Origin: Blastocystis sp. Blastoise
Lineage: Eukaryota > Protista > Bigyra: Opalinata
NCBI GenBank assembly: GCA_039096225.1
Contig: JBBPEB010000002.1
Coordinates: 1,054,001 to 1,118,000 of the forward strand
Direction of reading: 5' to 3'
DNA: 64,000 bases
The position numbers and the translations under genes were made by a program. Below the pieces are notes generated by a model. The model saw only the letters and a list, made by a program, of their open reading frames with translations. It was not told where the DNA came from and did not search any database. Shown one piece after another: positions 1 to 16,452 of the stretch; position 1 is the stretch's first letter; every line of letters begins with the position of its first letter.

Positions 1-258
1 TCTAGTAATATGCCTCCTTCTATGAATATGCTTCCTTCTAATAATCTTCCTTCTATGAATATGCCTTCTTCTAATAATATGTCTCCTTCTTCTATTCTAA
101 TCCCAATTACTGACCCCTATTCTGTATATAATATGACTTTTTCTAATAATACTTTTCCTTCTCCTTCTGCTGATGATTCTACTCGAAATCTTGATCCTCT
201 ATTTATATATCCTTCTGAAAATGAATCGAACGATTCTCTTCCTAACTATTACGCGTAA
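1..258 (+). CDS. 3' end of a gene running in from the left edge; low-complexity P/S/N/M-rich tail
   Basis: Open frame from base 1 to TAA at 256-258 with degenerate PSMNM/PSSNN repeats; no recognisable domain. Confidence 0.6.
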   Translation, partial: SSNMPPSMNMLPSNNLPSMNMPSSNNMSPSSILIPITDPYSVYNMTFSNNTFPSPSADDSTRNLDPLFIYPSENESNDSLPNYYA

Positions 259-1774
259 ATAATAATTAAATAATTTTTACTTCATTTTAATGTTTAAAAA
301 AAAAATAATATGCAAAAAATAGGAAAAAGAAATGTAAAATAAAAATAATAGAAAACCTATCTATAAAAAAGTTAAATATTTTTAATGTGCTAATTATTTG
401 GGTAGTTTTTATAAATCTTTATATTTTTTTTAATCATTTTCTACATGATATTTATAATATATCTGTCTTTTATTACTATTTATATAATATGTTTTTTATG
501 TTTAAATATATATTTTTTCAATATTTTCTTAAAATAGCTTGTTGGGTGGCTATCTTAGTAATCGCATAATATAACTAATTAATTCTTATAAATTGCAGTA
601 TTTCTATTATCTCTTTAATTAATATATATTATGTTTCCTTTTAAATGTATCTTTATATAATTATTATTATACTTTAAGTTTTATTATGTCTTTTTTTTAT
701 AACTTTAAAACATTAGCTATAGTTATTCTTATAGCTGATTTCTAAATATAAAACTATGTAATATTTATATCTTATATTAATTTTATATTATATACATATA
801 CTTCTATTAAATTAGCAATTCTTGAAATCATTATTATTAATAAATAATTCTTTTTTTTAATTTATATAAAAAGTATTCATTATTTCTTAATAAATGATCT
901 GTCATTTTATTATTTCCATAAGCACACTTATTTTATTATTTTAATGATATCAAGATGTTTCTGATATTTTTTAAATAACTTATTCGTTTATTCTAATATA
1001 TTCTAAAAACATATAGTTCTTATTTATATATTGATACTTATATAAATTTATTACATTAACCGAATATTCCTTTTTTATATATTATGTATATATGTGAAAG
1101 ATAATGCTTTAGTTTTGTTTATATATAACCAACTGATGATCAGTAATATAGTTGATATATAAGTATGTATCTATTACAAAAATAGTAAAATATATATCAA
1201 ATTCTTCTCTCACTTTTTGTGAATATTCCTATACAATATGAAACTTATTATTAACACTTGTGACCTTTTATAGCATATGATTGAAAAAATGAACTATTTT
1301 CCAGTAAATTTCCATAAAATCAAAGTGCCTAATAGTGAATACTTCACTATTTTTCCATATTTCTTTCATAATTTATGAATAAAAACATATTATTGGTATT
1401 ATTTATATAACATAGGTAACAAGTATAAATAGGAATTAAAGAAATATGATTTTCTTTATATCATGTTAGATAAATTCTTTATTGCGTAACCTGCTCATAT
1501 GGTCAAAAATACTGAGTTTATTTGTTTTAGATATTCTTTTTGTATACATAAATAATTAAAAACTCAAACAAAAAAATAAAACGATAAATAAAAAATCTGA
1601 AATAATGCAAAAAACTGGAAAAAATCCCCCAATTATGTTCTTTAAAAGAAAAAATCAAATAAAAATATTATAGTTTTTATATATTCGTTTTCTTTTATTA
1701 TTTAAGTTAATACGCTTTTTTATCATAATTTATTTATTTCAAATAACATTTTCTTATTTTAAATAATTAACAGA

Positions 1775-1972
1775 ATGTCCACTATTATAGAAGATACACT
1801 AGAAACTGCTGGAACTATTGTTAGTGTAGGTGCTAGGGCTACGGTCGCTGTTGCTGCTGAAGTTGTTGATGTAGCTGGTAAGGTTGTTGGTGGAACTGCT
1901 AAAGCTGTTGGAAAGACACTCTGCGCTGCTGGTGAGGTAATTTGTGATGCAACACAAAATAGACTTTGTTGA
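1775..1972 (+). CDS. Small intronless 65-aa A/V/G/T-rich protein, probably amphipathic helical
   Basis: ATG-TGA ORF with GC and codon usage far above the flanking 1.5 kb of AT-rich spacer. Confidence 0.7.
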   Translation: MSTIIEDTLETAGTIVSVGARATVAVAAEVVDVAGKVVGGTAKAVGKTLCAAGEVICDATQNRLC

Positions 1973-3024
1973 TAAACTAATTCTTTTAAATGCTTATTTT
2001 ACAGTAGTAGTTGTTGTTTGCAAAAATGTTTAGATCTTATATATATATATATATAAATTTGCTGGCTTTATATAACTGTGTATACTAAATAAAAAAATCT
2101 TGTTTTTTATATATTTTTTAAATATAATAAAAACTACTGAAAAATATACTAATTTAAATAGCTGTTATTTGAAAAAAGAAAAACAATAGTAATAATTTAT
2201 TTAAATGTGCTGTAAAAAAGACTATTAGCAAAAATTAAAGTATCATTCTTTACCACGAGAAACACTAAATGATTACTTTTGTTATTTATATATATATTTT
2301 AAATAACTATTTTGTTTATACATATGAATATGAATCCATACAAAAGTGTATAATTGTTTCATAAAAATATAAGTATATGGAGCGTTAGTTTGCTTAAGAA
2401 TGTTAATATACTTTATATCAATATTCTTGTAAATATTTGTCAAATAAGTTATAGAGAAATATATATATATCAAAGAACACACAATAGTAATCATAAATTA
2501 AAAGTTTCATCAAATATAATCCTGATATATCAATAGATTTCTTTCAAATAATCGAATAATCATTCACCTTAGATTTTGAATAATAAATAATTATATATAT
2601 TCTTCTTGAATTTTATATAAAAGAACAAAATGAGCAGAATCATTCTAATAATCAATCATTTCTTCAATAGAAATCAATATACAATCAATACAAAATGACT
2701 TGTAATCACCTACAAAACTATTCTTATACTAATATAGGAATAATAAAACATAATTAGAAATTTACCTTATTAAACACTTAAAAAATGCTCTCCTATCGTA
2801 TTTTTGAAGTATGTAAATTATGATAAAATAGATTTTCAACTGTATTTCATGATAAAACGTACTAAAGGATGAACTACAACATTATGTTCAATTTATTATA
2901 ATCATTAGGCTTTCGTAGATTTCGTAAACATCATGGACATCGTTCTGCATCCTGATTAAATCAATAAAGATAATAATATAAAAGAAAAAGAATTTCAAAA
3001 AAATAAAAATATAGAAAAAAGAAG

Positions 3025-3097
3025 CGCCCACCGGGGGGCTCGAACCCCCGACCACCAGGTTAAGAGCCTGGCGCTCTACCGACTGAGCTAGACGGGC
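3025..3097 (-). tRNA. trnK-CUU: tRNA-Lys (anticodon CUU)
   Basis: Reverse complement GCCCGTCTAGCTCAGTCGGTAGAGCGCCAGGCTCTTAACCTGGTGGTCGGGGGTTCGAGCCCCCCGGTGGGCG folds as a 73-nt cloverleaf with A/B boxes; an oligo-T Pol III terminator follows. Confidence 0.97.
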
Positions 3098-3457
3098 TTT
3101 ACAGTAATAGTTTACACATATGATTACATATGAGTTATTAAAATTTTTTAGATAGACACATAATATGAAAATGATTCTTTATATAAGAAGATAAAAGTTA
3201 TATGTAATTCTTAGTTTTTTGCTATTTAGAATAATAAACCAGTTATAGATCTATGTTTTGGATATATAACATTAAGTATACATACTCTTGGTAATGTTTA
3301 AATATAAAATAAAAACATTCTAATAAATATACTTACAAAAAAAAAGAAATAAACAATAATAAAAACAAAAATATATTCCTTAATAAATAATTAACCCAAT
3401 GAAAAAATATAAATATATTCATAAATAAGAAAAAAAAAGCATTAAAATATATATTAA

Positions 3458-4485
3458 TTAATGTTTTCCTTTTTCATGTTTGTCTTTTCCTTTTGATTCA
3501 GATTTTGATTCAGATTTAGATTCAGATTTTGAAGCAGTTTTCGATTCTGTTTTCGATTCAGATTTTGATTCTGTTTTTTTTGTAGATTTAGAATCAGTTT
3601 TAGTTTCTTCTTTTGATTTTGTAGTTGTTTCTGTATTTTCTGTATGTTTTTTAGCATGTTTATGATGGCCTGCATCCGCTGCTACTTCAGTAACATTATT
3701 CGTATTAATATCTTTAGTTTTCATAGAATTATTATGCTTTATAATATTTATAGGACAATCTTCTTCAAATAACATTTTAACACCATCAAAATGATAATTA
3801 CTTTTCGGAGTACCAGGAACAGCAGCAGGACGAGGAGTACGTAACTCACCAGGTCTATATATATATATAGAATAAGAATTAATTTTATGTTTTTAATTAT
3901 TAAAAGTATATGTTATATATATGCATTCAATACTATAGACATATTATATATATAAATAATATAATATTAAAAAAATAATATATATATAAAATAATGATAT
4001 TAAACAAATCTATACCTATCAACAAATTCAATAAAGCACATTTGAGCATCGTCACCTCTTCTCCAACCATCCCTAATAAGTCGAGTATAACCACCATAAC
4101 GAGTCGTATATATATATAATATCCATATTTTGAATAAATTAATAATAATAAATTTTATATATATATTTTTACATGAAATATAAAAATACATAAATTAAGA
4201 AATAATAATTTTAAAAACATACGTATATCTGGGTCCAATTTCAGTAAATAACTTTTTTAAAGCAATATCATCAGTAAGAATGGAACTTGCTTGTCTTCTG
4301 GCATCAAAATCGCCTTGTTTGGCTAAAGTAACCATATGATCAGCATAACTTCTTAATTCCTTAGCTTTTGGAACAGTTGTACGAATACGTTCGTGATGAA
4401 CAAGGGATGTTACCATGTTTTTGAACATAGCTTTACGATGACTAGCTGTCATACCTAATTTTGCTACTCTCATTCCGTGATGCAT
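3458..4485 (-). CDS. MRPL17: Organellar ribosomal protein bL17 with C-terminal S/E/K/T-rich extension (3 exons)
   Basis: HRKAMFKNMVTSLVHHERIRTTVPKAKELR ... RYTTRYGGYTR ... RRGDDAQMCFIEFVDR; introns 4106-4222 and 3855-4015. Confidence 0.93.
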
Positions 4486-5184
4486 CTTTCTTTTGTCCCT
4501 CTATATCTATATTAAGGTTAATAGAAGAAAAGCTAAATTTATCCAAAATATAGACAAATAATTTTTATTTTTTCTCTTTTTCTATTCATAAATTTAACCG
4601 TGTTTTTTTAATATTTAGCAGACAATAGATTATTATTTCCATGTTTCAACGATAACTCATAGCATTAGCTTTGTTTTATTGAATCATTTTTTAAAGACTT
4701 TCTGTAATTAATGAAATATAAGTATATATTATTTAAGATGAGAACTAATAAAATGCATATAGTCGCTTCTTGATTTAACTAAAAAAAAGTATCTACAAGA
4801 CAATCTTCTTCAAATAAACAAGAAATGAATGCTATTTTAATCCATAAGTGATTCTCATGTCTTAAAAAATGAATAATTCGAATCGATATACTATTGAAAA
4901 GGTATTACTTACTGTATACAGGCATCAAGAGTAACATCAGTATTGATTTCAGTGACGACTGAAGAAATTCATAATGAGAATAATGTTTATATTATATTTT
5001 TGATTATCATTGATTTCTTTACAAAAAGTAAAACATTGATTTATGATATATTTTGATGAAATAAACAAATTGTGTTTCAATTCGTCAACAAAACTTTTGT
5101 ATTAAATAAATAGAAAATAAAAAATATATATAACAAAACATATTCTTTTTACAACAATAAAAAATGAATAAAAAATATATTGTT

Positions 5185-7719
<2,535 letters not shown>

Positions 7720-8779
7720 CTATAACATATATACAATCAAGACAGAAAAAATGATATATACTGTATTCTAGTGTTTATATAGCCGATTCTTCAACAAAAT
7801 ATAATTCTTTCTTCCAAGTTTTCTTCTTTTCTAGAAAACCGCGGTTCCTTATTCTTTTTTTTGAAAGGATTTCTCTCACATTTATTTTATTCTTTTCTCT
7901 CAATTTATTTAAATTCCCAAATATATTTTTCTATTTAATTGATTTTCTATTATTTTAATTATCACATTATTTAAATATTTATATTATAAATAGAAGGTTG
8001 AAAATGAATAAATGCTAATGTTATTATGTACTACTTATTGAATAAGTGTCTAAAATATATTTCTTCAGTCAATGAACATTCTTTGTTTTATATAGAAATT
8101 ATTTTTTTATATAACTCATGAATAGCTAATATGATAATCATGAATATTTCAAATGATATACAATCTCTAGCATAATTTCTTACTTAATCTCGCTTTTATG
8201 GCTCTTATATTGCTTAAAATTATCCTTGATTGCCATTACACGCTATCTGCGCTTCACTGAAATCATAATTAAGTCGATTCATATGAATAAACGTGTTTTA
8301 AATCATCAAATTGAGAAACAATTAATGAAAAATAATATAAATAAAGTTTCATCTGTTAATAATATTGATATTCCATCTTCTTTATATGCTCATTAAGATT
8401 GATATATAAAAAAACAAAAAGAAACAACGTTTAATTCAATTATTCCGTCATCATTATTTATTATTCATTTTTTATTTTATTCTAATTCATTTCCATAATA
8501 TGTACATCATTATTCATTTAAAAAATAACTCAAATAAAGTAGATTGGTAACATAATTTCTCCAACATGTGTCATTTATATAAAAATCTTTAATGTATAGA
8601 GAGCCTAGTTTTTTAGATTTAAAAAAATCATTTTTATTTATTTTTATTCAAATAAACACTTACAATCCTTGCAAAAATATAATTACAAACTCTCAAAAAT
8701 ATCAATTTTTCTTTTCTTTCTATTTTCAAAAAAATAAATGCAGAGTCTGCTTGAAAAAGGAAAGTTATATAAATCACAA

Positions 8780-9916
8780 ATGGAAAATGATTGTTCCTTT
8801 GTGAATTGTTGCAATCTTGATTGTCATCGACATAATTTCAGTATGCTTATGATCAGATATTTTCTATATCAACTTATTATGATATTTCTAATATAGATGA
8901 AACAAAATTAAAACAAAGTGTTCGAGTCATGGAGTTAATGAAGAGTTCATGTTGTTTTACTTGTGATTATATTAATTCCTTATCATCTACAGATATTAAA
9001 GTATATGATATTACTTATATTTTATATGAAACTCTATAAAGTCTTTCTTTGATGAACAAAAAGATAATCTTCTTGTCGCTCATGAATATTTAGATACTTT
9101 ACTAATGTATATATGACTTCATTACAATAAAAAAACTTAAATAATGATAAACCATAATACTATTTTTCTTCTATAGGATTTTATCGAAGATCAAATTAGG
9201 TGAAAAATATCAGACCATTAGTTTAGCATCTTCAACTTTTCAAGAATTATATCATCATTCACCTTGTTTACTACTTGTTCTATATCTATCTGGATTTAAA
9301 GCTTTTGAAAGTATAGAATTCTATACAATATGATTACTATGAGTTATATAATTATATATAGATGTATTAAAAGTAGACAATCCTGATTTGGATCGTATTC
9401 AGTCAATTTCAGCATATATCAGAAATATATCCACTGTATATTATATTAGTTATATTCTGAATATATATGAATATAGCCAGATGTAGTGAAATATAAGTAT
9501 TATAATATATTCACAAATTCAAATGATGTATATATATATTTATATATACATATATATTATTTCTCTTTCTATTATTTATGATCAATATATTCTCGTGAAT
9601 AATATAATATAGTAATTCTCTAACGATATTATATATTTCTAATCACTATTTATTTTTATTAAATAATAATCTCAATCATTTTTCTTTTTTTATATATTTA
9701 TTAATTATTTATATATATAGTTTTTCTTTTCTTCTGCTTCTATATATCAGTCAACATTACTTCTTCTTCCTTTGAAGCCAGTTTTATTTCTTCCCGCCTC
9801 TTCTGCCGCCATTTTTAAATCTCCAATTCAATTTATTGATAATTTTATTATTGAAATGAATATATATATCAAACATACTACATTTACTATTGTTTTTGGA
9901 AATAACCTAGATGTAT

Positions 9917-9948
<32 letters not shown>

Positions 9949-9958
9949 TTTATATAGT

Positions 9959-10037
<79 letters not shown>

Positions 10038-10864
10038 TTTAAAAACTATATTCCCAACACCCGCGGGAATTGGAGCAAATTCACCGATTTTATCATTTGT
10101 TTTTGATACTTATGAAGAGTATATATACCTATATATATATATTACTATAGAGTATTTTATGAAATTATATAGAATATACATATATAACTTTATATATATA
10201 TAGTAATACGATTTCCGTCACATGTACGCAAGCCAATCATTTTTCTCTTCATCCCTCACCCTCACCTGCTCTGTTCTCCTCCTCTAAAATGGACTTAAAT
10301 AATCACGGGGATCGACTAAATTTAAAGATAACTCATGTTAATAATATATTTACTGTTTATATTAATATATCCTTATTTATATTTATATTTATATATTATT
10401 GTTTATATATATCCTTAATATATATACGATATTCGATTAGTATCTTCTTTGGTGCTTTCTCTTCCTCAATTACATCTTTCCCCCGCGGGAATCGCCTATA
10501 CAGGGTTATATGCATATACAGAAGGATTTACAGATAGTAAATTGACGATTGAACAATATATATATAAATGTGAAGAAAATATATATGTAGAAGAAAAAGA
10601 TATGAATAATCAAAATCAAGAAGAAATTTGTCCTATGGGTCAAAAACCGATAACCACGGTTTTTGAATTAGGAACATGGGGATCTCCATCAAATACCGCG
10701 GGAATCTGTAAAGTACCACTGAATAAGAGAGAACCACATTCAGGAATGGTATATATATATATATATAATATAATATAATATATATAATACTATATATATA
10801 TATATAGAAGGTATTATATTGTCATGATATGATGGGAGGATATAAATATGATACGTTTACTCAA

Positions 10865-10910
<46 letters not shown>

Positions 10911-11027
10911 CAAAAGAAGTTTTTTTTGAGTTTAATTATTTTCAATATATTGATATATTTATTTATTTCTCTCATAATTTAGTTACTATTCCTATATCCT
11001 TTTATATATATTAAATTATATATATAT

Positions 11028-11061
<34 letters not shown>

Positions 11062-11225
11062 ATATATTATTTCCATAATTGAATTACCCGCCATCATGGA
11101 TAAAAGTATGTCATTCCCACGGGACTCCTTGTTTAGGAACCCTCATTGTAGAGGGACGTGAGGGAACGGATCACGTGCTGGAACTCCTTTTTGGACCTGA
11201 TCGACAACAAAATGAAAGAAATGGA

Positions 11226-11286
<61 letters not shown>

Positions 11287-12290
11287 GATATTATCATATG
11301 AATAGTGTTTCTGAGTTTTATATTAATCAATTAATATATATTCTTCAAGTATATAATTTCGATGGGTATTTAATTAATATTGAATCCCCTCTTCCTCAAC
11401 AAGCTATTTCAGCACTTTCAGAATTTTTAAGAAAGCTGAAAAAGGGCTTAAAACAGATTTCAGACACCAATCTCGTTATTTTTTATGACTCTCTTGTCAC
11501 ATCTGGTGATATTTATTATCAAAATGGATTAACCAATCAAAACAAACTTTTCTTTGATTGCTGTGACGCACTCTTTGTCAATTATTGGTGGAAACCAGAT
11601 TCTCTTAAGAATACTATTTCATTAGCAGGATCAAGAGTACAAGATATATATATGGGTATTGATATATTTGGGCGGGGAACATATGGAGGTGGTGGTAAAA
11701 CTACATATACTGCTATTCAAGAACTCTATAAAACTGGTATATATATATATATATATTTCTATTTATATATATATGTATAGTAATATCTATAATCATACAT
11801 ATATTAATATATATATACTTATATATATATATAGGATTAAGTGTAGCGTTATTTGCACCTGGATATTTATATGAAAATATATATATGGAGAAATTGAAAG
11901 AATTATCATCTGAGAATTCTCACGGGAATATTAATAAATCTGGTTATATATATATAGATAATACTGAGAATAATGATGTATATCGATATATACAGAAAGA
12001 CTTATATAGTGATAGTAGAAGCATTGATTCTATATATAGAACTATAGAAGATGAATGGTGGTATGGATATAAAGAAGTAGTCAATTCCCGCGGGAGACTA
12101 TGCCATATTAAAAATGAACATGGAATTGCTTATTATGTATATATATATATTTGCTTTATATATATATATATTTGTTTTTTTAAATTATATATATATTTGT
12201 TTTTTTAATTATATATATATTTGTTTTTTTAATTATAAATATATTTGATTTTACTACATGTTTATATATTGATTCTTTTTCATTATATTC

Positions 12291-12326
<36 letters not shown>

Positions 12327-13694
12327 TATGAAAGACCTATAGGCAGTTCACTTCCTTTTTATTCTAATTTTAATCAGGTATATATATATATTTATATATT
12401 TATATATATATAGTCTCATACTTATAATGAATATATAAATGGTGATAAGGCAAATGATAAAGAAACTTACATATATAATCTTGGGAATATGGAAGTAAAT
12501 CCTACATTTAGAAAAATAACCGCAGATCATGGTGCTGAAATGGAGTAAATAGAATATATTCAATAATAATTCTAATTATTATTATTATTATATATATTAA
12601 TATAGTTCAGATATTAGTTTTTCAGATGGTTATAATAGTGGTAATTGCTTAAATATTCACGGGGATTTAGGTGGCTCTATAAAGTCTCAATCGATATGTA
12701 TATATAAATTTGATGAATTATTAATAAATGAACCCACTATATTTCAAGTTATATATAAAGGAAACTTTAAAGAGTATATATATATTATTTTTAGGATATT
12801 TTATATCTTTAAATATATCATATTTATATATTATTATTATTAATATTATAATTATATATAATATAATACATCTATATAATATATATATATATATAGATCT
12901 AATTGGTCTTTTTATGTTTCTATCTCTATAAATAAAGTATCTACTACTGTTTTTACTCCTACTTCACCTACCCAACAAAATGCATCCGATTCCCGTGAAA
13001 CTCTTGATATTGAAACTGAAGAAAAAACACTGTTTTATTCTATTTCTCCATTTGAACAGTCAGGATGTATATATATAATATATAATATATATAATATATA
13101 ATATATGATATATATATAATATATAATATATATATAATATATATATAAATACATCTAGTAATTCCTCCAAGAAGTGTTTATTCCCTTGGGAATAATTGGT
13201 ATAAAGCGATTTATTGTGTTTCTCCTATTCCCTACAACAATTCCCGCGGTTATCAATTTATCACGGGAATAAAGGAGTTTGGAGTACATATGGAATCAGA
13301 TATATATAGAAATGATATATCATTGAGTTTAGGACATATATATATAGATACTTTCTCTAGATATACTAGATTACTTAAGACTAAAGCTACTATTAATAAT
13401 ATTATTGTATCACCATTGATATCACGTGATTCAAAACATGTTGTCCAATCAAATAAAAAGAATGTACTCATATCATGGACAGTATCCAATGAAAATATCA
13501 TATATAATAATGAAAGAACCGCGGTTATTGACTATTATCGTGTGTATAGAAATAAACAATATATTGGAAAAACAATATACTCTTTCTATTATTTACCAAA
13601 ACCTTCATCTCCTATAACTGTGACTATTCAACCTGTATATATTCACGGGGATTACTTGCCTCTTGAGTCTTGTATTTCTAAAGCCATTCAATAA
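8780..13694 (+). CDS. ENGASE: Endo-beta-N-acetylglucosaminidase (GH85) with N-terminal PUB-like and L-type-lectin-like domains (about 19 exons)
   Basis: CHDMMGGY, YIDIFIYFSHNLVTIPPPSWI, FDGYLINIE, YMGIDIFGRG, GLSVALFAPGY; one continuous frame from ATG 8780 to TAA 13694 after splicing, including two AT-AC introns. Confidence 0.9.
10367..10427 (+). other. U12-type AT-AC intron
   Basis: 5' ATATCCTT, branch TCCTTAAT, 3' TATAC; removal joins VYIN|DIRL in frame. Confidence 0.9.
10994..11087 (+). other. U12-type AT-AC intron
   Basis: 5' ATATCCTTTT, branch TTCCATAAT, 3' TTAC; removal restores the conserved GH85 VTIP|PPSWI. Confidence 0.92.
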
Positions 13695-14181
13695 TCACGG
13701 TGATTCTATTTTATATTCTCTATATTCTTTATATATAAGGATCAATGATGAGAATTTATTTATATATATATGTAAAAGTTTATTTGTATCATTTTTTTAT
13801 TTAAAACACGTTATTATAATTATTTCATTTATTATTTCTGGTTTTGTTGATATATTTAATACTTTATTAGTTTGTTAAACATTATAATTGAAATGAATAT
13901 TGATTGAAAAACTAGTTATATGAATTAATTTAGAATCATTCGTGTTTAAAACTATATATACATAGAGTAGTGATTAATAAGTGAAACAAAGAAATATTTA
14001 TAATTCAATTCACCATTTATTCTTCTGTATACAAATAAATAAATAAACTCTATAACAAAACAAAATAATTAATAATAATATTATAACAAAAACACACACA
14101 AAAAAGAGGAAAAACAACTGGAAATGAATCATAAAATGTATAATTCAATAAATACAAAACTATATAAATATATATAAATAA

Positions 14182-16420
14182 TTATAATTTTATGCCTGCT
14201 AATAGTTGTAAACAATGTAAAAATTCATCACGAATATTAATATCTTGTTCTTTCTGAATAGGTTCTTGTTTTATTGGCTGATTTGATACAATCTCTTGTT
14301 TTATTGGCTGATTAGAAACAGTATTTTTTGAAGTAGATAGAACTTGTGTTGATGTAGAAACAGTATTTGGTTCCATTTTAATTGTGTTTTTAGTAAGTAT
14401 ATCTTCTTTATTTTTGTCCAATGACTGATTGTCAACAGGAAGTGACGCACTAGTTGTCATAGGCTCTGTTTTTATGTTATTAGTATCATTAATAATATTA
14501 TTATTATTATACATATTATTATTATTAGTATTAATACTATTATTTTCCATAATATTCCCAGTAAGATTGCTTGCATTATAATTATCATTCTTGTCTTTAG
14601 TTTCCATAATATTCATTTGCTTATAATTATCTATATTTTCTTTATGATCATTATCTTTTAGAATAGTATTTTCTTGTGGTTTTATATCTATCGGTATATC
14701 TATATGCGGAAGAAGAGGCAGATCAGGAGATAAAGGAGGTGATGGAATTCTTACGGGAATTGGACGACTTGAAAGAGGTGATTGAATAGGATTCACTGCT
14801 AGGGGAGATGCAGAGGGACTAGAAATAGTATTCTGAGGAAGTTCATGTTCTATAAATGGAGAATTCGAAGGAGAAATAATAGGAGAATGTGAAGGAGGGA
14901 AATTTGGTTCAGGAATTGGTTCATCCAATGGAATAGATAATGGTTCTTCTTGAATAGTAGATATAGTTCCAGAAGGAGGATACTGACGTATTGGTTGCAT
15001 TTCCCGCGGATCTCGTGGCGGGTAATAGGGAGCAGGAGCATTTACTGGGGGATATTGTTCTCTATAAGGGGGATAACGAGGATTTCGAGGGATAGGCTCA
15101 CGTGTTCTGTCATATTCATATGGAATATTATTTCCAGGAGCAGGTGGATTACGTGGGTAATTTGATGGATTATGAGGGTTTGGTGGCATATTATCAGGAT
15201 ATGGCGGGGGATCATAACGAGGACGCATATACGAGGGATAAGGAGCATAGCGGGATTCCGGATAATCACGGGAATAAGGAGACTAGAGAATAAATGTTTA
15301 CATATTCACGTTTAATAGAAGATAATACTATAAATGAATAATATATATATATATACGACATTAGAAGGAGGTCCATGATAATCACGGGGATCTACTTCAT
15401 AATAATCTCTATTATCCCGTGGGAATGGTTCTCTTCGTTCAGGAGGGCGAGAGTCATAAGAAACATCAGATTGACGGTTATCTATGAAAAGTGAGGGTTT
15501 CTTTTCAGATTCCCGTAATTCTTGTGTACTATGTGCAAAATGACAGGTTGCACCATAACGACATAGCCCTTTCTTATTGAAGGCACACATTTCTGTTTTA
15601 TATCCCCCGCGAGGAACAGGTTGAGAGGGTAAAGGCTATAATAATAGGGATATATATATAAATAAATACTATGAATGGAAATAGAATAATATGATTTTAA
15701 AGAATAGATAGTATATCAACTATGAATATATACTCTAGGAATTCCGTTTTCTGTTTTTACTTTTGGTTTTTCTTCATTGATAGTTGTTGATGACGGAGTA
15801 GTAACAATAGGTTGACGAGATATAGGTTTTAATCCTGATGAAATAGTATTACCACTAGAACGTGATGTGGTTTTTGATGAAGATTCTGAAGTATTTAATT
15901 TATTTAAAGAACTTGAATTGATTGGTCGAATTGATTTGTGTTCCTTTATTGAAGTTTCTTTACTCGAAGTTTCTTTTATATCTTTCATTTTTCTACTTTT
16001 ATTAGCATCAGTAGTAGAAGAAGTAGAAGAAGAAGTAATTGACTTTAAAGATCGAATATGAGGCTCTTGTTTTACTATATATATATATATATATAATTAA
16101 TTATTTTTGAGTATCATTTTATATATTATATATATATGCCTGAAATCTTTTCAGTTTTGACTTTTTTATTATCATTAAGAGACTATATATAATAATAAAT
16201 ATTTAATGAATAAATATAATAAATATAATAAATAGAATTAATATAATAAATAAAAGTAATATATTAATTATAATAAAAATAATAAATATAATAAATATAA
16301 TAAAAATAATAAATATTATAAATATAATAAATATTATAAATATAATAAATAAAATATATACATCAGCAGTTAGAATACGTTTATTAATAGCATTACTTTT
16401 TGGTTTATTATTATCATTCA

Positions 16421-16452
<32 letters not shown>

